Positions 50,400 through 60,231 are shown, counted from the stretch's first letter. The stretch is DNA of 64,000 nucleotides from Candidatus Omnitrophota bacterium (GCA_016180575.1 JACPAY010000007.1:1457-65456), one strand, 5' to 3'. Program-made: numbers and translations. Notes: generated by a model from the sequence alone, not told the origin.

Positions 50400-53219
50400 A
50401 TGTCTGCGCTCCCCCCCCAGTACAACCCCAAGGACGTCGAGGAAGCCCGCTACGCGTGGTGGGAATCCCAGGGCTTCTTCCGCGCCGACCCGGACCCCAA
50501 GCGGAAGCCCTACACCATCGTGATCCCGCCGCCCAACGTGACGGGCATCCTCCACATGGGCCACGCGCTCAACAACACCATCCAGGACATCCTCATCCGG
50601 TTTGCGCGCATGCAGGGGTTCAACGCCCTCTGGGTCCCGGGCACCGACCATGCCGGGATCGCCACCCAAAACGTCGTGGAGAAGGCGCTGGCCAAGGAAG
50701 GGAAGCGCCGGCAGGACCTGGGGCGCGAGGCGTTCCTCAAGCGCGTCTGGGAGTGGAAGGAGCAGTACGGCAACACGATCCTGTACCAGCTCAAGCGCCT
50801 CGGCGCCTCCTGCGACTGGCGGCGGACCCGGTTCACGATGGACGAGGGGCTCTCCGAAGCGGTCCTCGAGGTGTTCGTCCGGCTCTATGAGAAGGGGCTG
50901 ATCTACCGCGGGAACTACATCATCAACTGGTGCCCCCGGTGCCAGACCGCGCTCGCCGACGAGGAGGCGCCGCGCACCGAGACCCAGGGCAAGCTCTACC
51001 ACATCAAATACCCCATTTTGAGACAGGGGACAGGGGACAGGGGACAGGGGAAGACCACACCTGTCTCCCGTCCCATGTCTCCTGTCTCAGCTTTCATCGA
51101 GGTGGCCACGACCCGGCCGGAGACGATGCTGGGCGACACCGCCGTCGCCGTCCACCCGAAGGACAAGCGGTACAAAACGCTCATCGGAAAGCACGCCATC
51201 CTCCCGCTCGTGAACCGGAAGCTCGTCATCATCGCGGACGAGGCGGTGGACCGGGAGTTCGGCACCGGGGCGGTCAAGGTGACGCCGGCCCACGACCCGG
51301 TGGACTTCCAGCTCGGGAAGAAGCACAAGCTCGAGTTCATCAACGTGATGACCGACGACGCGAAGATGACCAATGTGCCGAAGCCCTACGAGGGGCTCGA
51401 CCGGCTCGACTGCCGCAGCAAGCTCATCGTGGACCTCGAGCAGCAGGGGTTCCTCGGCCGGATCGACGAGCACGTGCACAACGTCGGCCACTGCTACCGC
51501 TGCCACACGGCGGTGGAGCCGCGCCTCTCCCCGCAGTGGTTCGTGAAGATGAAGCCGCTCGCCGAGCCGGCGATCAAGGCGGTCAAGCAAGGGACGATTA
51601 AGTTCGTCCCGGCGCGGTGGACCAAGGTGTACCTCAACTGGATGGAGAACATCCAGGACTGGTGCATCAGCCGCCAGATCTGGTGGGGCCACCGGCTGCC
51701 CGTCTACTACTGCGAAAGCTGCCGGCGGAGACAGGAGACAGGAGACAGGAGACAAGCAAAGGCCCAACGTGTCTCCCGTCCCATGTCCCATGTCTCAGAA
51801 CCCGGTGTCATTGTTTCAAAGACGCGGCCGGAGCGGTGCCCAACCTGCGGCGGGACCGAGCTGGCGCAGGACGAGGACGTGCTGGACACGTGGTTCTCCT
51901 CCTGGCTGTGGCCGTTCTCGACGCTCGGCTGGCCGAAGAAGACTAAAGACCTCGCCTACTTCTATCCGACCGACACGCTCGTCACCGCGCAGGAGATCAT
52001 CTTCTTCTGGGTCGCCCGGATGGTCATGGCCGGCTACTTCTGCATGAAGCGGCCGCCGTTCACCACGGTCTCCATCCACGGCACGGTGCGCGACATCACC
52101 GGCAAGAAGATGTCGAAATCGCTCGGCAACATCATCGACCCGCTCGAGATGATCGGCCGCTACGGCACCGACGCGCTGCGCTACACGCTGGTGACCGCCA
52201 CCGCCATCGGCCAGGACATCTTCCTCTCGGAGGAGCGGTTCGCCGCCGGCCGCAACTTCGCCAACAAGCTCTGGAACGCCACCCGCTTCGTGCTCGCGCA
52301 GGACGGAATCGAAAAGTACCGGGTACTTCCCAAAGCGGGAAAAGTACCCGGTACTTTTTCAGTAGCGGACCGGTGGATCCTCTCGCGGCTCCAGCAGACC
52401 ACCGCCCGCGTCACGAAGTCGCTCGAGGCGTCCCTGTTCAATGACGCGGCCAGCGCGCTCTACGGCTTCCTCTGGCACGACTTCTGCGACTGGTACGTGG
52501 AGATCGCCAAGCACGTGCCGGCCGAGCAGCAGCCCGCCACCCGCGCGATCCTGCGGCACGTCCTTGAGCAGGCGCTGCGGCTGCTCCACCCGGTCATGCC
52601 CTTCGTGACCGAGGAGCTGTGGCAGCATCTGAGACAGGGAACCACCAAGCCACCTGTCTCTCGTCTCATGTCTCATGTCCCAATTTCGATTATGAAGGCG
52701 GAGTGGCCGAAGGTGGAGAAGCGTCTCATCGACCGCGAGGCGGAGCGGCTCTTCGAGCGGCTCCAGGCGGTCATCACCGCCATCCGGACCACGCGGTCTG
52801 AGCTCAACGTCCCGGTGGAGAGCCGGCCGCCGGTGCATCTGGCATCGCCGCAGGCCGAGGTCCGGATGTTTTTCGAGATCCACCGCCCGCTCCTCCAGCA
52901 GCTGGCCGCGCTGGGCGACATCAGCGTCGAGGCCAAGCGGCAGGCGGTGCGGCACGCGGCGGCCATGGTGGTGGACGGGGTCGAAGTCCTGATGCCGCTG
53001 GAAGGGCTCATCGACCCGGCGAAGGAGCGCGCGCGGCTCCAGCAGCGGCTCGACGACCTCACGCGGCAGAGGGCCCAGGCGGAGGCCAGGCTCAAGGACC
53101 GGCAGTTCACGACCAAAGCGCCCGCCGAGGTCGTGGAGCAGACCAAGACCCGGCGCGCCGAGCTCCAGGACACCGCCAAGAAGGTGTCCGAGCACCTGGC
53201 CGTGCTCCAGGGGATGTGA
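50400..53219 (+). CDS. valS: valine--tRNA ligase carrying four in-frame repeat insertions
   Basis: Track ORF, 939 aa; HIGH-type PPNVTGILHMGH, KMSKS, TTRPETMLGD, C-terminal coiled coil. Confidence 0.96.
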   Translation: MSALPPQYNPKDVEEARYAWWESQGFFRADPDPKRKPYTIVIPPPNVTGILHMGHALNNTIQDILIRFARMQGFNALWVPGTDHAGIATQNVVEKALAKEGKRRQDLGREAFLKRVWEWKEQYGNTILYQLKRLGASCDWRRTRFTMDEGLSEAVLEVFVRLYEKGLIYRGNYIINWCPRCQTALADEEAPRTETQGKLYHIKYPILRQGTGDRGQGKTTPVSRPMSPVSAFIEVATTRPETMLGDTAVAVHPKDKRYKTLIGKHAILPLVNRKLVIIADEAVDREFGTGAVKVTPAHDPVDFQLGKKHKLEFINVMTDDAKMTNVPKPYEGLDRLDCRSKLIVDLEQQGFLGRIDEHVHNVGHCYRCHTAVEPRLSPQWFVKMKPLAEPAIKAVKQGTIKFVPARWTKVYLNWMENIQDWCISRQIWWGHRLPVYYCESCRRRQETGDRRQAKAQRVSRPMSHVSEPGVIVSKTRPERCPTCGGTELAQDEDVLDTWFSSWLWPFSTLGWPKKTKDLAYFYPTDTLVTAQEIIFFWVARMVMAGYFCMKRPPFTTVSIHGTVRDITGKKMSKSLGNIIDPLEMIGRYGTDALRYTLVTATAIGQDIFLSEERFAAGRNFANKLWNATRFVLAQDGIEKYRVLPKAGKVPGTFSVADRWILSRLQQTTARVTKSLEASLFNDAASALYGFLWHDFCDWYVEIAKHVPAEQQPATRAILRHVLEQALRLLHPVMPFVTEELWQHLRQGTTKPPVSRLMSHVPISIMKAEWPKVEKRLIDREAERLFERLQAVITAIRTTRSELNVPVESRPPVHLASPQAEVRMFFEIHRPLLQQLAALGDISVEAKRQAVRHAAAMVVDGVEVLMPLEGLIDPAKERARLQQRLDDLTRQRAQAEARLKDRQFTTKAPAEVVEQTKTRRAELQDTAKKVSEHLAVLQGM
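51019..51089 (+). repeat. R1 palindromic element, in frame in valS (copy a)
   Basis: TGAGACAGGGGACAGGGGACAGGGGACAGGGGA-AGACCACAC-CTGTCTCCCGTCCCATGTCTCCTGTCTCA; translated LRQGTGDRGQGKTTPVSRPMSPVS. Confidence 0.9.
51727..51796 (+). repeat. R1 palindromic element, in frame in valS (copy b)
   Basis: GAGACAGGAGACAGGAGACAGGAGACA-AGCAAAGGCCCAAC-GTGTCTCCCGTCCCATGTCCCATGTCTCA; translated RQETGDRRQAKAQRVSRPMSHVS. Confidence 0.9.
52311..52360 (+). repeat. R6 palindrome in frame in valS
   Basis: GAAAAGTACCGGGTACTT-13 nt-AAGTACCCGGTACTTTTTC, about an 18-bp stem; translated EKYRVLPKAGKVPGTF. Confidence 0.75.
52630..52680 (+). repeat. R1 palindromic element, short copy in frame in valS (copy c)
   Basis: TGAGACAGGGA-ACCACCAAGCCAC-CTGTCTCTCGTCTCATGTCTCATGTCC; translated LRQGTTKPPVSRLMSHVP. 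Confidence 0.8.
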
Positions 53220-54100
53220 TGTCCGGCCTCAGCCGGGAGGCGGTCCTATCCCTCATCCGTCTCGCGCTGCGCGAGGATCAGGCCGGCCGCGACATCACCT
53301 CAACGGCCGTGCTGCCGGCAACCGCCCGCGCCCGGGCGCGGCTTATCGCGCGGGCGCCGGGCATCCTGGCCGGCGGCCAGGCGGCCGGGTGGGTGTTCCG
53401 CGCGGTGGACCGTCGGGTGCGATACCGCGTCAGACTGCATGACGGGACGGCGACGCGGCCAGGACAGGTGGTCGCGAACCTGGACGGGCCGGCTCGCTCC
53501 ATCTTCGCGGCGGAGCGGACCGCGCTGAACCTGCTGGGCCATCTCTCCGGCATCGCGACGCTCACCCACGCTTATGCCCGACGGGTCCGCGGCACCCGGG
53601 CCAAGGTCTACGACACCCGCAAGACGCTGCCGGGGCTGCGGGCCCTTGAAAAGCACGCGGTCCGCGCAGGCGGGGGGCGCAGCCACCGCGGCAGCCTGGC
53701 CGAGGCGGTCCTCATCAAGACGAACCATCTGAAGGCGCTGGGACAGGGGACAGGGGACAGGGGACAGGGGATCCAAAACGCCATTAAGCGGGCGAAACGC
53801 CGGTTCCCTGGCAAGTTCGTTGAAGTCGAAGTGAGAACGGTGCGCCAATTTCAATCGGCACTGACTGCGCAACCTGACGCCATTTTACTCGACAACATGT
53901 CTCTCCATGACGTCCGACGCGCCGTTCACCTGTCCCATGTCTCGCGTCCCTTGTCTCAAAAGCGGCCTCTGTTGGAGGTTTCAGGAGGCATTACCCTCAA
54001 AAATGTCCGGGCCTACGCCCGCGCGGGCGCGGACCGCATCTCCATCGGCCGGCTGACCCACTCGGCGCCTGCGCTGGACGTCTCGCTGGAAATCGTATGA
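53216..54100 (+). CDS. nadC: nicotinate-nucleotide diphosphorylase (carboxylating) carrying both R1 repeat arms in frame
   Basis: Track ORF; AERTALNLLGHLSGIAT, YDTRKTLPGLR, LIKTNH, EVEV, LLDNM, EVSGGI blocks. Confidence 0.92.
   Translation: MMSGLSREAVLSLIRLALREDQAGRDITSTAVLPATARARARLIARAPGILAGGQAAGWVFRAVDRRVRYRVRLHDGTATRPGQVVANLDGPARSIFAAERTALNLLGHLSGIATLTHAYARRVRGTRAKVYDTRKTLPGLRALEKHAVRAGGGRSHRGSLAEAVLIKTNHLKALGQGTGDRGQGIQNAIKRAKRRFPGKFVEVEVRTVRQFQSALTAQPDAILLDNMSLHDVRRAVHLSHVSRPLSQKRPLLEVSGGITLKNVRAYARAGADRISIGRLTHSAPALDVSLEIV
53741..53770 (+). repeat. R1 left arm alone, in frame in nadC
   Basis: GGACAGGGGACAGGGGACAGGGGACAGGGG; translated GQGTGDRGQG. Confidence 0.85.
53927..53958 (+). 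repeat. R1 right arm alone, in frame in nadC
   Basis: CACCTGTCCCATGTCTCGCGTCCCTTGTCTCA; translated HLSHVSRPLSQ. Confidence 0.8.
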
Positions 54101-56112
54101 TGGACCGTTTCGAGCTCGTCACCGACCTCACGCCGAAGGGCGACCAGCCGGAGGCGATCGAGACACTCACCCAGGGGCTCCGGGAAGGGAAGAAGTTCCA
54201 GACGCTCCTCGGCGTGACCGGCTCGGGCAAGACGTACACGGTCGCGCACGCCATCGCCAACCTCAACAAGCCCACGCTCGTCATCTCGCACAACAAGACG
54301 CTCGCCGCCCAGCTCTACAGCGAGTTCAAGAGCCTCTTCCCGCACAACGCCGTGGAGTACTTCGTGAGCTACTACGACTACTACCAGCCGGAGGCGTACG
54401 TGCCGCAGACCGACACGTACATCGAGAAGGACGCCTCCATCAACGACGACCTGGACCGGCTGCGGCTCTCCGCGACCAGCTCGCTCCTCACCCGTCGCGA
54501 CGTCCTCATCGTGGCGACCGTCTCCTGCATCTACAGCCTCGGCGACCCGGAGGAGTACAAGGAGCAGATGGTGTGGCTCGCGGCGGGCAAGCCCGCCCGG
54601 CGCGACGAGGTGCTCTCGTGGCTCGTGGGCATCCACTACAGCCGCAACGACGTGGACTTCCGGCGCGGCACCTTCCGCGCGCGGGGCGACGTCCTCGACA
54701 TCTTCCCGGCCTACCGGCAGACCGCCTACCGGGTCGAGCTGGCGGACGGGCGCATCGGCCGCATCCGGGAGATCGACCCGCTGACCGGCGACGCGCTGGC
54801 GGAACTCGAGCAGATCGCCATCTACCCGGCCAAGCACTTCGTGACCAACAAGGAGCGCATCGAGGCCGCCCACCAGGGCATCCTCCAGGAGATGGTGGAG
54901 TGCGTGCGCAACTTCCAGGCGCAGGGCCGGATCCTGGAGGCGCAGCGCCTGGAGTCGCGCACCAAGTACGACCTCGAGATGCTGAAGGAGCTGGGCTACT
55001 GCCACGGCGTCGAGAACTACGCGCGCCACCTCTCCGGCCGCGCCCCCGGCTCGCGGCCCAACTGCCTCATCGACTACTTCCCCAAGGACTACCTCGTGGT
55101 CATCGACGAGTCGCACGCCACCGTGCCCCAGATCCGCGGGATGTACGAGGGCGATCGCGCCAGGAAGGAGACGCTGGTCGAGTACGGCTTCCGCCTCCCC
55201 TCGGCGCTCGACAACCGCCCGCAGACGTTCGAGGAGTTCGAGACGCTGCTCAACCAGGTGGTCTTCATCTCGGCCACACCCGGCCCCTATGAATGGAAGC
55301 GCTGCGGCGGCCGGGTGGTCGAGCAGGTCATCCGCCCGACCGGCCTCGTGGACCCCGCCATCACCGTCAAGCCGACCGAAGGGCAGATCGATGACCTCAT
55401 CGCGCAGGTCAGGGGCCGCGCCGGGCGCAAGGAGCGGGTCCTCGTGACGACGCTGACGAAGCGGCTCGCGGAGGACCTGAGCCGGTATCTTGGCGAGGCG
55501 GGGCTGCGGGTCAAGTACCTCCACTCGGAGATCGACGCCATCGAGCGGGTCGAGATCCTGCGCGACCTGCGCAAGGGGGCGTTCGACTGCCTCGTCGGGA
55601 TCAACCTGCTGCGGGAGGGGCTCGACCTGCCCGAGGTGTCGCTCGTCGCCGTCCTCGATGCCGACAAGGAGGGGTTCCTGCGCTCGGCCACGTCGCTCAT
55701 CCAGGTCGCTGGGCGGGCCGCCCGCAACGTGAACGGCGAGGTCATCCTGTACGCGGACCACCAGACCGGCGCGATGCGCCAGATGCTCGAGGAGACCACC
55801 CGCCGCCGGGCGAGGCAGCTTGAGTACAACACGCGCCACCGCATCACCCCCACCACCATCGTCAAGGCGATCCGGGAGGGCATCGAGGTCATGCGGCAGG
55901 CGGAGGCGTTCGCCATCCAGCAGTCCGGCCAGTCGCCGGATGAGCACAACATCCGGCAGGTCCTCTCGGACCTTGAGGACGAGATGCTCGTCTGCGCCAA
56001 GGGGCTGCAGTTTGAGCGCGCCGCCGAGCTGCGCGATGAGATCGTGGCGCTCCGGGACAAATACCACTTGAGCGATGAGCCGAGCAAGCGTCCAGCGCGA
56101 TCCCGAGCTTGA
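54097..56112 (+). CDS. uvrB: excinuclease ABC subunit B
   Basis: Track ORF; GVTGSGKTYT, YFVSYYDYYQPEAY, C-terminal UVR motif (FERAAELRDEI). Confidence 0.97.
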   Translation: MMDRFELVTDLTPKGDQPEAIETLTQGLREGKKFQTLLGVTGSGKTYTVAHAIANLNKPTLVISHNKTLAAQLYSEFKSLFPHNAVEYFVSYYDYYQPEAYVPQTDTYIEKDASINDDLDRLRLSATSSLLTRRDVLIVATVSCIYSLGDPEEYKEQMVWLAAGKPARRDEVLSWLVGIHYSRNDVDFRRGTFRARGDVLDIFPAYRQTAYRVELADGRIGRIREIDPLTGDALAELEQIAIYPAKHFVTNKERIEAAHQGILQEMVECVRNFQAQGRILEAQRLESRTKYDLEMLKELGYCHGVENYARHLSGRAPGSRPNCLIDYFPKDYLVVIDESHATVPQIRGMYEGDRARKETLVEYGFRLPSALDNRPQTFEEFETLLNQVVFISATPGPYEWKRCGGRVVEQVIRPTGLVDPAITVKPTEGQIDDLIAQVRGRAGRKERVLVTTLTKRLAEDLSRYLGEAGLRVKYLHSEIDAIERVEILRDLRKGAFDCLVGINLLREGLDLPEVSLVAVLDADKEGFLRSATSLIQVAGRAARNVNGEVILYADHQTGAMRQMLEETTRRRARQLEYNTRHRITPTTIVKAIREGIEVMRQAEAFAIQQSGQSPDEHNIRQVLSDLEDEMLVCAKGLQFERAAELRDEIVALRDKYHLSDEPSKRPARSRA

Positions 56113-56974
56113 GGCTAGGCTCTCCCGGCACATCGGCGGACGGCCGGTTCACGCGTTCCAACAGGTCGGCTCGACGATGGAGGTGGCGCACCAGCTGGCG
56201 GCTGAGGGCGCGGCGGAGGGCACGCTGGTCGTCGCCGCGCGCCAGGAGCAGGGGAGAGGCCGTCAGGGGCGGACGTGGGCGTCCCCGGAGGGCGGGGCCT
56301 ACTGCTCGCTCATCCTCCGGCCCGCGCGGCCTCCGTCCGAAACCCCGCAGCTCTCGCTGGTCGCCGGACTGGCCGCGGCTGAAGCCATCCGGGACATGGC
56401 CTGCCTCTACCCCGCGATCCGCTGGCCCAACGACCTCCTGCTGAGGGAGAAGAAGGTGGCCGGCATCCTCACTGAACAAAAAGTGCCAGGCTGCTCCGTC
56501 GAACATCCCCGTATGGCCGCGGGTGACGCGGAGCCGGGGCCCCCGCCGCCTGCCCGCAGGCCGAGGAGGCCGAGGACAGCCGACGGGGTGGCGGCGCGGC
56601 AGGACCCGCGGCCCGGCGTGGTCATCATCGGCATCGGGATCAACGTGGCCACCAATCCGGCGCAGCTGCCGGAGGGCTCGACCTCGCTGGCGGCCGAGGG
56701 GGCCCCGCACGTGAGCCGCGAGGAGCTGCTCGCCGGCTGGTGCCGCCGCTTCAGCGCCTGGTACGAGGTGTGGACGCGCCAGGGCTTCGGCCCCATCCGC
56801 GAGGCGCTGCGCCCCTGGATCGGCCTCTTCGGCCACCCGGTGCAGCTCACCGCGGGCTCCGAGCAGCTCCAAGGCACCGCCCAGGATCTCGACGAGTCCG
56901 GCCGCCTCCTTGTGCGCCTCGACTCCGGTGTTCAGCGCGCGTTCGAGATGGGGGAGGTCGCGCTGCTCAGATGA
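56075..56974 (+). CDS. birA: biotin--[acetyl-CoA-carboxylase] ligase (no HTH domain) with in-frame R3 insertion
   Basis: Track ORF; QEQGRGRQGRTWASP motif, IRWPNDLLL…KKVAGIL, IGIGINV. Start ATG 56075 overlaps uvrB by 38 nt. Confidence 0.88.
   Translation: MSRASVQRDPELEARLSRHIGGRPVHAFQQVGSTMEVAHQLAAEGAAEGTLVVAARQEQGRGRQGRTWASPEGGAYCSLILRPARPPSETPQLSLVAGLAAAEAIRDMACLYPAIRWPNDLLLREKKVAGILTEQKVPGCSVEHPRMAAGDAEPGPPPPARRPRRPRTADGVAARQDPRPGVVIIGIGINVATNPAQLPEGSTSLAAEGAPHVSREELLAGWCRRFSAWYEVWTRQGFGPIREALRPWIGLFGHPVQLTAGSEQLQGTAQDLDESGRLLVRLDSGVQRAFEMGEVALLR
56515..56613 (-). repeat. R3 99-nt element, inverted orientation, in frame inside birA
   Basis: Reverse complement matches the 16188 copy; exactly 99 nt between GGCCGCGGGT and ACCCGCGGCC. 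Confidence 0.9.
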
Positions 56975-57732
56975 TCCTGGCCATCGACATCGGGAACACC
57001 ACCACGACCTTCGGCGTCTTCGAGGGCGGCAAGTTGAAGCCGCCGTTTGCCATCGCGACCCAGCCGTGGCGGACGGCGGACGAGATCACGCTGCAGCTCA
57101 AGGCGCTGGCCAAGACCCGCAAGCTGCACCTGGCGCGCGCCAAGCAGATCATCCTGTGCAGCGTCGTGCCCCGGATGTCCTTGGTGCTGGTCCAGGCGCT
57201 CAAGTCGCTTGAGGCGGTGCCGCTGCGGATCGTCGGGCAGGACGTCAAGGTCCCCCTCACGAACCGCTACGCCTACCCGGAGCAGGTCGGCCAGGATCGG
57301 CTCGTGGGCGCCTTTGCCGCCTGGCGCGCCTTCAAGCGGGACTGCATCGTGGCTGACTTCGGCACCGCCATCACGATTGACGTCGTCACCGCCAAGGGGG
57401 AGTACCTGGGCGGGGTGATCGCCCCGGGCCTGGACATCTCCCTGGAGGCGCTGGCCTCCCGGACCGCCCTCTTGCCCAAGGTGGAGCTGAAGGAGCCGCC
57501 CGAGCTCCTGGGCCGGGACACCGCCAACAGCATCCGCTCAGGGGTCCTCTACGGCTGCGCCGCCCTGTGCGACGGCCTGGTCGGCCAGCTCAAGCGGCAG
57601 TACGTCCCCAAGGCCACCGTGGTGGCCACAGGGGGGGCCAGCAGCCTCGTCGCCAAGCATGCCCGCTCCATTGACCACCTGAGACCCCACCTGGTCCTGG
57701 AAGGCCTCCATAAGCTTACTGCTGCGTCCTAG
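56971..57732 (+). CDS. coaX: type III pantothenate kinase
   Basis: In-frame ATG 56971 overlapping the birA stop; MILAIDIGNTTTTFGVF…, DFGTAITIDVV…, TGG…. Confidence 0.93.
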   Translation: MILAIDIGNTTTTFGVFEGGKLKPPFAIATQPWRTADEITLQLKALAKTRKLHLARAKQIILCSVVPRMSLVLVQALKSLEAVPLRIVGQDVKVPLTNRYAYPEQVGQDRLVGAFAAWRAFKRDCIVADFGTAITIDVVTAKGEYLGGVIAPGLDISLEALASRTALLPKVELKEPPELLGRDTANSIRSGVLYGCAALCDGLVGQLKRQYVPKATVVATGGASSLVAKHARSIDHLRPHLVLEGLHKLTAAS

Positions 57733-57797
57733 CCTGTTTTAGTTCGATATAACACGAAAAATAGGCTATAGTTCAATAAAATGAGCTATAATAGGGC

Positions 57798-57825
57798 TTG
57801 AAATCGGCTATCCACCAGCTATAAT
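57798..57825 (+). promoter_or_regulatory. sigma70-type promoter of the groES-groEL-groES operon (TTGAAA-16 nt-TATAAT)
   Basis: Hexamers at about 57798-57803 and 57820-57825 in an AT-rich spacer. Confidence 0.55.
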
Positions 57826-57835
57826 TGCCACTCAC

Positions 57836-57862
57836 TTAGCACTCTAAATACAGGATTGCTAA
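57836..57862 (+). promoter_or_regulatory. CIRCE operator (HrcA binding site)
   Basis: TTAGCACTC-N9-GATTGCTAA, one mismatch to the consensus TTAGCACTC-N9-GAGTGCTAA, between the promoter and groES. Confidence 0.8.
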
Positions 57863-57876
57863 CAGGAGGGAACGGG

Positions 57877-59825
<1,949 letters not shown>

Positions 59826-59843
59826 TCGGGGAGGAGACCCACA

Positions 59844-60161
59844 ATGGCCACCGCAACCGCAAGCGCAAGCAGCCTGAAGCTGAAGCCGATCGGCGACCGC
59901 GTGATTGTCCAGCGCCTGGGCTCGGCCGAGAAAACCAAGAGCGGCCTCTACCTGCCGGACTCGGCGCAGGAGAAGCCCCAGGAAGGGAAGGTCATCGCGG
60001 TCGGCTCCGGCAAGACGCTGAAGAACGGGAAGGTCATCCCGCTCTCGGTCAAGCCGGGCGACAAGATCATCTTCGGCAAGTACTCAGGCTCGGAGATCAA
60101 AGTTGACGACAAGGAGTACGTCTTCCTCAACGAGGACGACATCCTCGCCATCGTCACCTAG
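59844..60161 (+). CDS. co-chaperonin GroES (copy 2, downstream of groEL)
   Basis: Track ORF, 105 aa; LKPIGDRVIVQ…EKTKSGLYLPDSAQEKPQEGKVIAVG; about 55-60 % identical to copy 1 by eye; extra MATATASASS N-terminus. Confidence 0.9.
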   Translation: MATATASASSLKLKPIGDRVIVQRLGSAEKTKSGLYLPDSAQEKPQEGKVIAVGSGKTLKNGKVIPLSVKPGDKIIFGKYSGSEIKVDDKEYVFLNEDDILAIVT

Positions 60162-60189
60162 GTTTGCGACCGTTCGGTCGCGCTCGCAG

Positions 60190-60231
60190 ACCCCGCATGG
60201 CCCCTCGGCCGTGCGGGGTTTGTGGTTTTTT
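60190..60231 (+). terminator. rho-independent terminator after the second groES
   Basis: CCCCGCA…TGCGGGG stem followed by TTTGTGGTTTTTT. Confidence 0.7.

Noticed and set aside
51019-51060. Tandem GGGGACA units considered as a CRISPR array or microsatellite
   Set aside because: There are only 3-4 contiguous 7-nt units, with no spacers. Each block is paired with an inverted arm, so it is better explained as one arm of the R1 palindromic element.
57764-57792. Second TATAAT (about 57787-57792) upstream of the groES promoter as a tandem promoter
   Set aside because: There is no convincing -35 hexamer at 16-18 nt. The downstream TTGAAA-16-TATAAT pair is the better candidate.
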